Assembly (NCBI GenBank): GCA_964354495.1
Contig: CAYHAA010000028.1
Coordinates: 1 to 15,799, forward strand
From: an uncultured archaeon
Lineage (GTDB): Archaea; Asgardarchaeota; Thorarchaeia; Thorarchaeales; Thorarchaeaceae
DNA: 15,799 nt
Direction: 5' to 3'
Shown: positions 1 through 5,626 of the stretch, piece after piece
Layout of the letters: each line of letters starts with the position of its first letter
How positions within the stretch are numbered: the stretch's first letter is position 1
Made by a program: the position numbers and the translations under genes
The notes under the pieces: generated by a model
Database searches by the model: none
What the model was told of the DNA's origin: nothing
The model's input: only the letters and a program-made list of their open reading frames with translations

Positions 1-138
1 ACCACCTTCTACCCAAGCATTGCACCACGAGTGATGTGGTCCGTCCTCTGGCTGACCATAGGTTTCACCTACATCATCTGGCCTCTCCTGTCAAGTCCTA
101 GGACCAAGGACGCTACAGTAAGTACTAACTCCAATTGA
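1..138 (+). CDS. 3' end of a hypothetical membrane protein (truncated by window edge)
   Basis: Frame +1 is open from base 1 to TGA at 136-138 and reads TTFYPSIAPRVMWSVLWLTIGFTYIIWPLLSSPRTKDATVSTNSN*: one hydrophobic helix plus a polar tail. Confidence 0.5.
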   Translation, partial: TTFYPSIAPRVMWSVLWLTIGFTYIIWPLLSSPRTKDATVSTNSN

Positions 139-200
139 ATATACTCGATTAGTCACAGAGGAACAGTTGTTGCTTCTTGAGTGAATAGAAGGAGAAGATA

Positions 201-224
201 GTGCGCCTGCCGGGACTCGAACCC
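201..224 (-). repeat. att-like duplicate of the tRNA-Gly 3' end (T-arm to acceptor stem)
   Basis: gtgcgcctgccgggactcgaaccc at 201-224 is identical to 817-840, inside the tRNA gene; 26/27 identity if extended to 227/843. Confidence 0.88.
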
Positions 225-231
225 CGGAGAA

Positions 232-729
232 TCATTCCATCAACTCATGGATTCTGCTTCTATGGGGCCAAAGGAGCACAAGGGAGCAAGTGATTTGATG
301 CACAAGAAGTGGGCGCATCTGATACGTGTAAAACTCCTCCACTCTAAGAATGTTGATACCCGGAGTCAGTACAAGAAGGAACGCGCTTAACACTATAATC
401 AGAAGTCCCTTTCGAAAACTGATTCTATTGGTTAGAACTAGCCATGATATGATCGGTGACAGGGTCCCAATTATCGATACTAGAAGTGTGACTGGACTAA
501 TGTAAGGAAACAACAACTCAAAAGTATCCCATTGTGGAGCCAGATATGTCGGCCTGTTCCACTCAATGGCCCAGCAAGTGCCTACGAATCTTGTTTGAAT
601 GAACACTGTGTCAAGAATCGTGTGTTCTCCTGCACCGAAGGTCTCTGATTCCAGAGTAGTTGGAGATAGAATGGTAATAAGGAATAGAACTAGAACTACT
701 CCTCTATGCAGTTTTTCATTACCTCCCAT
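232..729 (-). CDS. Hypothetical integral membrane protein (about 4 hydrophobic segments), cargo of the mini-islet
   Basis: 165-aa ORF with ATG start; hydrophobic stretches VVLVLFLITIL, LLFPYISPVTLLVSIIGTLSPIISWLVL, GLLIIVLSAFLLVLTP and LLVHQITCSLVLLW. Fills most of the space between the repeats. Confidence 0.75.
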   Translation of the reverse strand: MGGNEKLHRGVVLVLFLITILSPTTLESETFGAGEHTILDTVFIQTRFVGTCWAIEWNRPTYLAPQWDTFELLFPYISPVTLLVSIIGTLSPIISWLVLTNRISFRKGLLIIVLSAFLLVLTPGINILRVEEFYTYQMRPLLVHQITCSLVLLWPHRSRIHELME

Positions 730-814
730 ACTTCGTCTATTGTTACCAAATCAGAATATACTTTGTTACAGGCAAGAAGATGTACTAAGTTATAGTCTTG
801 AGAAGAGAAAAGAG

Positions 815-919
815 TGGTGCGCCTGCCGGGACTCGAACCCGGGCCGGATCCGTGGCAGGGATCCATCATAGCCCCGTCGCCGAGGTCGCAGAAACTGAGA
901 CCTCATAGACAACAGGCGC
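815..919 (-). tRNA. tRNA-Gly(GCC), CCA encoded, with a 30-nt intron at 876-905 (tRNA position about 14/15)
   Basis: Minus strand: acceptor GCGCCTG/CAGGCGC, anticodon stem GATCC/GGATC with loop CT-GCC-AC (anticodon 854-856), T-arm CCGGG-TTCGAGT-CCCGG, then A73 and CCA. Removing 876-905 restores D-loop AGGGGCTA and a 75-nt mature tRNA. Confidence 0.93.
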
Positions 920-974
920 ATTCTTCTGACTACCCTAAAGGGAGTGCATTGGCTTGTTGACCAAAGACGCTGTG

Positions 975-987
975 TTAAAAAGTTTGC
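975..987 (-). promoter_or_regulatory. BRE/TATA promoter of tRNA-Gly
   Basis: Minus strand GCAAACTTTTTAA, 56 nt upstream of the tRNA 5' end; nearly the same as GCAACGTTTTTAA upstream of tRNA-Val. Confidence 0.65.
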
Positions 988-1036
988 CAAAGGCTCGAGT
1001 GTTGAGCATGCCTACAGGTTCACTACGTGACTGACA

Positions 1037-1528
1037 TCACTTTCCCAGTATCATACGGATGGGCGCCGCCAACATGACCTCGTCTGAATAATCATCGTCA
1101 AACTTGAGTCCATCTTTTAGAAGACCAAATTGATGAAATCCGACTCTCTGGTAGGCAGCAATGGCATCCTTGTTTCTATGCTCTACACTAATCTGTACAA
1201 TCTCTACACCTCGTGTTGAGAAATGCTGAGCAACCAGTTGCATCATCTCTCGAGCAACACTTCTTCTGAACTCATCTCTCACGACAACCTGGACCATCTC
1301 AATGCGATGTCTGGCCCCAGCCCACGTCATCCTTACCCCTGTGCATACCCCTACGACCTATGTATCATGCAGGGCACAGACGCTGAAGACCTCATCGGGC
1401 CCTGGTCTGAGGAGCTCCTCTCTCTGGTTCAATACTACTTCAACTGGCACTCCCTCAAAGAGGTGTTCGGAGATCGATTTGGCGTGCTCCCTTGAGTATG
1501 CCACTACTCGGATGTCCTCTGCCGCCAT
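1037..1528 (-). pseudogene. GNAT-family N-acetyltransferase interrupted by an in-frame TAG (1358-1360)
   Basis: ATG at 1528 follows AAGGAGAGTGA. Reads MAAEDIRVVAYS...FSVCALHDT*VVGVCTGVRMTW, in frame with the track ORF 1037-1330 (VVVRDEFRRSVAREMM...NKDAIAAYQRVGF, GNAT motif A/B-like). 163 codons is a typical GNAT length. Confidence 0.75.
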
Positions 1529-1535
1529 GTGCAAT

Positions 1536-2606
1536 TCACTCTCCTTTGGTAATCTGTTTTAATCTCAGAACTCTGAATGTTGACTCGCACTCTATGGCCT
1601 TTGGATAGCTCTTTCGGTTATTGAAACCCATACGCAGCCCACCGACCCAGTAGCCGATTTGTTTCTCTGGCAGCCAAGTTCGTGGGAAGATGTAGGTGCC
1701 ATTCTCAGTCCTGAAACTCTCAAGATACTCCATTGAGTCTACGAACCATGGGCTTCTGCGAGCTGTTGCGAATCCTGCCATGAACTCCAGAGTGAGTAGC
1801 AGCTCAGCGAAACTTCTCCCCTCTGGTCTTGATGTATAGCCAGGAAGATGTGCTGCCCACCCCAGAACATAGTATCTCGTACCATACTTCGCCAGGCCAT
1901 AACTCCAAGGCAGGCTCTGGTACTCTGGAGTGAGTATCATCTCAATCACTCTGTTGATCTTATCACGATACTCCCGCTCCGTCATGAGCTCCTTGCAGCT
2001 CGCAAGTCCTCTGATGTCATGGACCCATGGAAGCATGAACTGCTGGTCCTGATACAGGTCTGGATTCACAAGTCTATACTTCTCGCTACCATTTGGAAAG
2101 CCTCTGAATCCTGACTTGTCAACGAACACGTGTGAGAGGTCCGGCTGTCTTGCAAATTCATAGAGTGCCTCCAAGCGCCGTGTCATCTGGCTCTTGACAG
2201 GACTTGTCGAGTCGTAGCCCGCAAATGCCAGAAGCGAGGCTATGATTGTTCGGAGAAACATAGCATGAGGTGCTACGGGTTCTGTGCCTACATTTTCTGA
2301 TAGCCAGACGCGGAAGGGCAGCGTCTTGTTGTCAAACGGCTGGAGACCTGCTCTGACGCCCATTTGCACGAGCTTTCCGACAACATTCTCAAAGGCATCA
2401 GACCTTCCTGAATGGATGCTATTGATATCAAATCGAGGAACGAGACGTCGTATCCATTCTCTAGTCTCAGGACTTCCGAACATCTCCTCCAGGGCTCGTG
2501 AGATCACTTTGACATCCTCTTCCCGAAGGATATCTACGAGTGTACGATATCTGATGGAAGGTCCTGAATTGTGCAGCAACCATTGAGCGGTGTCGTACAC
2601 ATCCAT
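1536..2606 (-). CDS. Hypothetical protein, probable alpha/alpha-toroid (prenyltransferase/squalene-cyclase-like repeat) family
   Basis: 356-aa ORF. N-terminal WLLHNSGPSIRYRTLVDIL and C-terminal NGTYIFP...STFRVLRL resemble a family I recall as terpene-cyclase-fold hypotheticals. The CDS is secure; the fold is tentative. Confidence 0.6.
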   Translation of the reverse strand: MDVYDTAQWLLHNSGPSIRYRTLVDILREEDVKVISRALEEMFGSPETREWIRRLVPRFDINSIHSGRSDAFENVVGKLVQMGVRAGLQPFDNKTLPFRVWLSENVGTEPVAPHAMFLRTIIASLLAFAGYDSTSPVKSQMTRRLEALYEFARQPDLSHVFVDKSGFRGFPNGSEKYRLVNPDLYQDQQFMLPWVHDIRGLASCKELMTEREYRDKINRVIEMILTPEYQSLPWSYGLAKYGTRYYVLGWAAHLPGYTSRPEGRSFAELLLTLEFMAGFATARRSPWFVDSMEYLESFRTENGTYIFPRTWLPEKQIGYWVGGLRMGFNNRKSYPKAIECESTFRVLRLKQITKGE

Positions 2607-2681
2607 GGGCCATTGTCAGGACTAGGCGGTATATCTGTTCTCGCACTCCAGAGAAGACGATAGAGAGTTAAGCACGAATAG

Positions 2682-2698
2682 ACTATGCAGGGCATAGT
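2682..2698. promoter_or_regulatory. Perfect inverted repeat ACTATGC-AGG-GCATAGT in the divergent promoter upstream of pyrE
   Basis: 7-bp arms with a 3-nt spacer, ending 8 bp before the ATG at 2706. Confidence 0.4.
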
Positions 2699-2705
2699 GT
2701 GACAT

Positions 2706-3422
2706 ATGCACAAAGGCACGACTTCTCTTGAAAGGCTCAGGACAGACATAATGAAAGACATCTATGAGAAGAGGATGGTTCTCACTTCGATTCGGGACAA
2801 GCCCGAGGGATGGACTTTGCACTCGGGATTGTGGAGTCCGTTTTATATCCAGCTCAGGGAGCTCTGCTCATATCCAGAGACCCTTGCAAAGGTCGGGACG
2901 GCTCTCTCGACTCTGATCAAGGAGAAGTCTCCGAACGTCAACAGGCTTGTCGGTATTGCATTTGCAGGTGTGCCAATTGCTACCTCAGTTTCCCTCGCGT
3001 CTGGTATTCCTGCGTGTCACACTCGAAAGATCCTCGGTGTGAGAACAGAGGAAGAGATGAAGCAGGCAATCAGTACCTATGGGCAACACTCACTCGTGGA
3101 AGGTATCATCGAGGATGGTGATGTCATCTGTCTGGTAGATGATCTTGTCACTGGGATGGAGAGTAAGGTTGAAGCTCGAGCTCAGGTGCTCGCCGAGGTT
3201 GCGAAACGCGGTCTCTCTGATGTGATGTGCGATGATATTGCTGTCATCATTGACCGACACCAAGGTGCACAACAACGAGCTCGTACCCTGAATCTGCGTC
3301 TGCATTATCTCATCGATATTGTCCACGATGGTCTTCCTATTCTCAAGGACTCCATGTCGAAGGAGGAGCACTCTCTGGTATCTGCCTATCTCACAAATCC
3401 CGAGAGCTTTAAGAGACCCTAG
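2706..3422 (+). CDS. pyrE: Orotate phosphoribosyltransferase-like type I PRTase
   Basis: Motifs WTLHSGLWSPFYIQLR, LVGIAFAGVP, TRK...YG and PRPP loop ICLVDDLVTG, plus VIIDR near the C-terminus. Confidence 0.82.
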   Translation: MHKGTTSLERLRTDIMKDIYEKRMVLTSIRDKPEGWTLHSGLWSPFYIQLRELCSYPETLAKVGTALSTLIKEKSPNVNRLVGIAFAGVPIATSVSLASGIPACHTRKILGVRTEEEMKQAISTYGQHSLVEGIIEDGDVICLVDDLVTGMESKVEARAQVLAEVAKRGLSDVMCDDIAVIIDRHQGAQQRARTLNLRLHYLIDIVHDGLPILKDSMSKEEHSLVSAYLTNPESFKRP

Positions 3423-3439
3423 ACTGCCTCATCCACCAC

Positions 3440-3453
3440 AGAAACCGTTTTCT
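3440..3453 (+). promoter_or_regulatory. AGAAA-N4-TTTCT motif (BRE/TATA-like or operator) before ferritin-like gene 1
   Basis: AGAAACCGTTTTCT ends 27 bp before ATG 3480; the same motif occurs at 3951-3964. Confidence 0.4.
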
Positions 3454-3479
3454 TCGCCTTGTACTCTCCTCCTTGCCCT

Positions 3480-3932
3480 ATGAGCCGCGAGAATCCGCTT
3501 GAACACCTACTCAATCTTGCCCTCTCTTTGTCTACGCGCCACTTTGAGTACTATGACAATACTGCGAAGAATGTTGAGACCCCGCAGGTCAAGGCTCTTC
3601 TCAGAGTACTTGCTGACACAGAACGTGACCTGATAGCACAGATACGACACATGATGGCGACGGGCGTGCTCGATGAGGTAGAGGCGATGGGCAAGCTCGA
3701 GGTCGCTGATACTCCTCCCGACGATTCTCCGTTTGCACCTGAGAGAAATGATACTGACCCCCGCATCTTTGTCTGCAACAAGGCTCTCGAACTAGAGGTC
3801 AAGGGCTATACATTCTATCTCTCCATTTCAGCACGAGCAAAGTCCGAGCTTGTCAGCCGCGTCTTTGAGTATCTTGCATTCATCAAGTCCCAACAGATAG
3901 AGCGGATTCGAAAGGTCTGCAAATCATTCTAG
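3480..3932 (+). CDS. Ferritin-like/rubrerythrin-domain protein with degenerate diiron ligands (paralog 1)
   Basis: Two-fold helical pattern AL....Y..YY...A..V.TP.VKALL..LA.TE and ALELE..GYTFY...A...LA. ATG 3480 preferred over TTG 3459. Confidence 0.75.
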   Translation: MSRENPLEHLLNLALSLSTRHFEYYDNTAKNVETPQVKALLRVLADTERDLIAQIRHMMATGVLDEVEAMGKLEVADTPPDDSPFAPERNDTDPRIFVCNKALELEVKGYTFYLSISARAKSELVSRVFEYLAFIKSQQIERIRKVCKSF

Positions 3933-3950
3933 GCACATGCACTAGATGAT

Positions 3951-3964
3951 AGAAAGTGCTTTCT
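3951..3964 (+). promoter_or_regulatory. AGAAA-N4-TTTCT motif before ferritin-like gene 2
   Basis: AGAAAGTGCTTTCT ends 26 bp before ATG 3990. Confidence 0.4.
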
Positions 3965-3989
3965 TGGTGTGCTACAGTATTTTCCTCCA

Positions 3990-4463
3990 ATGACAGACAA
4001 GACTGCAGTCCAGAATATGCTTCGAGTCGCTCTGACAACTGCTGCTAATCACTATGATTTCTATCTCAAGGCAGCCAATGCTGTTGAGACCCCTAAGGTG
4101 AAGGCGCTGCTGATGGTTCTCGCTGATACGGAGGGGGACCTCATGGACAGAATTCGACTCATGATGACCACTGGAATTCTGGATGCTGTCGAAGAGGTGC
4201 GGAAGAAGTCGTTCTCCTTGGGTGACCCAGATCCCACGCCCTTTGGCATGGATCGGACTCCCTTTGCCGAGATCAATCCAGACACAGACCCGCGCCTGTT
4301 CGTGTGCAATCGCGCCTTGGAGATGGAGTTCAAGGGATTCACCTTCTTCAGTTCTATATCCTCCCGGGCAAAGTCTGAAATGATGAAACGGCTCTATGAG
4401 TACCTTGCTTTCATCAAGTCGCAGCAGATATTGAAGATACGGAAGGTCTGTGAAACTTTTTAG
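3990..4463 (+). CDS. Ferritin-like/rubrerythrin-domain protein with degenerate diiron ligands (paralog 2)
   Basis: Tandem paralog sharing VETPxVKALLxVLADTE, DTDPRxFVCNxALExE and EYLAFIKSQQI with paralog 1. ATG 3990 preferred over GTG 3969. Confidence 0.75.
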   Translation: MTDKTAVQNMLRVALTTAANHYDFYLKAANAVETPKVKALLMVLADTEGDLMDRIRLMMTTGILDAVEEVRKKSFSLGDPDPTPFGMDRTPFAEINPDTDPRLFVCNRALEMEFKGFTFFSSISSRAKSEMMKRLYEYLAFIKSQQILKIRKVCETF

Positions 4464-4576
4464 ACTTCGAGATCTGTTCTCTTTTTGGAGTTGCCCTGAT
4501 TAGAGCACGTGTACCAAAGAGATAATACTCATAAATTCGCCTTCATCTCGCGATTACCAGAATCACGGTGAGATGA

Positions 4577-4885
4577 ATGGCAGATATTGAGACTTGGGCG
4601 ACCGACTCGTTTGAAGCGAAGTACAATGCTCTTATGGGAAAAATGTCGGAAAAAGAAATCAAGAGAAGCGCTGAACAAGTACTGTATCTCTGTCAATGTA
4701 GCAAGTGTAAGACCTGCATGGGGAGCGGAGAGACCAATCTTGTCTTTTGTTCCTTGGGAAGAAGTGAAGTCATTCGGGAACGAAAGAACTGCTTATGTTC
4801 GACCTGTGCAATTGCCAAGACGATGAGTCTTCGTTGGGACTACTATTGTATTCGAGGTTCAGCAGTAGAGCTGTCTGATCTATGA
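4577..4885 (+). CDS. DUF2769-like Cys-rich small protein
   Basis: CxCxxCxxC...FCxxGxS...CxCxxC...YYCxxG pattern recalled for DUF2769; GGTGA ribosome-binding site upstream. Confidence 0.75.
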   Translation: MADIETWATDSFEAKYNALMGKMSEKEIKRSAEQVLYLCQCSKCKTCMGSGETNLVFCSLGRSEVIRERKNCLCSTCAIAKTMSLRWDYYCIRGSAVELSDL

Positions 4886-4963
4886 AGATCATTCTTGACA
4901 TGCACTTGTGGGACCTCTGGAACTGTGATTCTTTCAGTCTTACCATGTGTATTCCAATGATTG

Positions 4964-4977
4964 AGAACACGTGTTCT
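4964..4977. promoter_or_regulatory. Perfect 14-bp palindrome AGAACACGTGTTCT
   Basis: Self-complementary; a related copy AGAGCACGTGTACC lies at 4502-4515. Confidence 0.45.
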
Positions 4978-5050
4978 AATTATTTAGGTTAGTATTCATC
5001 TATTAAAATAATAAATTAGATATGTTTATATGTGTCTGAGTATATGATAT
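4978..5050. other. Very AT-rich tract (candidate duplex-unwinding element and/or strong promoter; TTTATAT at 5025-5031)
   Basis: 4981-5030 has 7 G/C in 50 bp (14% GC) by hand count, against about 50% in neighbouring genes. Confidence 0.6.
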
Positions 5051-5082
5051 CGGTGATGATAATGTGGCCGGGAGGCCGCAGA

Positions 5083-5122
5083 CCAGTGGAAACCCCGAGA
5101 ATCTCCATCGGAAACGGAGGGG
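5083..5122 (+). other. Two ORB-like (Orc1/Cdc6 origin recognition box) motifs
   Basis: CCAGTGGAAAC at 5083-5093, and TCCATCGGAAACGGAGGGG at 5104-5122, which has 3 mismatches to the recalled consensus TCCAGTGGAAACNAAGGGG. Confidence 0.4.
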
Positions 5123-5147
5123 ATATACAGGGTTTCTAAGAAGCGAG

Positions 5148-5498
5148 ATGCGAATCATGAATAACGAACAAACTGTCTTCATTCCCCCCGTGCAATTGGA
5201 GAGCTACTCAGAATTCAGGGACATTCTCAATGAGGCTGCTTTGATTGTCTATAGCCCAGAGTACTTTCAGGGACCGTTCATGGATAGACCCAAGCAGATG
5301 CGCAGGCTCATTCTCTCGGCCGTGGGAGTCGTACGGAATGGGCTTCCTCTAACCTTCAGATATGTTCTCGAGAATGTCAGAGACCTTGACCGGATGGCAT
5401 TGGAGATCATCAAGGATTTGGAGCATAGTGCGAACGCGGTCCGAGGGACCATTGAGTATGCGCGCCCAATGGGAGAGCTACTTACAGCGCGACCCTAG
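5148..5498 (+). CDS. Hypothetical protein
   Basis: Globular-looking 116-aa ORF from ATG 5148 (or 5157). The track's GTG start at 5064 runs through hairpins and ORB-like boxes and is disfavoured. Confidence 0.7.
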   Translation: MRIMNNEQTVFIPPVQLESYSEFRDILNEAALIVYSPEYFQGPFMDRPKQMRRLILSAVGVVRNGLPLTFRYVLENVRDLDRMALEIIKDLEHSANAVRGTIEYARPMGELLTARP

Positions 5499-5626
5499 AC
5501 CTCACTCGTCACAACACCACACACACGACGGCTGCAGTGTCACAGGTATCTCGCTGCCTCTGACATGAACCGTTGGTGATACCGATACTGCTTTTTGTGT
5601 ATGAGTTATCTATAGAGTGAAACACA

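Larger units (their letters stand above)
201..840. mobile_element. Candidate tRNA-Gly-integrated single-gene mini-islet (616-bp repeat spacing, no integrase)
   Basis: Intact tRNA at one end and a 24-bp 3'-end duplicate at the other, enclosing one ORF. Sampled lines 661-780 are about 35% GC, lower than flanking core genes. Confidence 0.5.

Noticed and set aside
599-990. Track ORFs 599-871 (+) and 790-990 (-)
   Set aside because: They run across the tRNA-Gly gene or antisense to the 232-729 CDS and have no protein-like features.
1358-1360. Genome-wide TAG-to-pyrrolysine recoding
   Set aside because: 11 of 18 checked genes end in TAG, several at the expected family C-terminus, and no pyl genes are in the window. 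Only site-specific readthrough remains open.
1223-1562. Plus-strand ORFs 1223-1495 and 1302-1562
   Set aside because: Antisense shadows of the interrupted GNAT gene, which explains the region in one frame.
1536-2606. Calling this protein a squalene cyclase or nitrogenase-related protein
   Set aside because: No DxDD motif, no P-loop and no NifH Cys motifs; only a loose fold-level resemblance is supportable.
5053-5098. Box C/D sRNA (GTGATGA at 5053-5059)
   Set aside because: No proper CTGA box D or C'/D' pair at suitable spacing; only CAGA and CCGA near-matches.
5064-5147. N-terminal extension of the 5148-5498 CDS from GTG 5064
   Set aside because: The extension is low-complexity and overlaps hairpins and ORB-like boxes; ATG 5148 or 5157 is more plausible.
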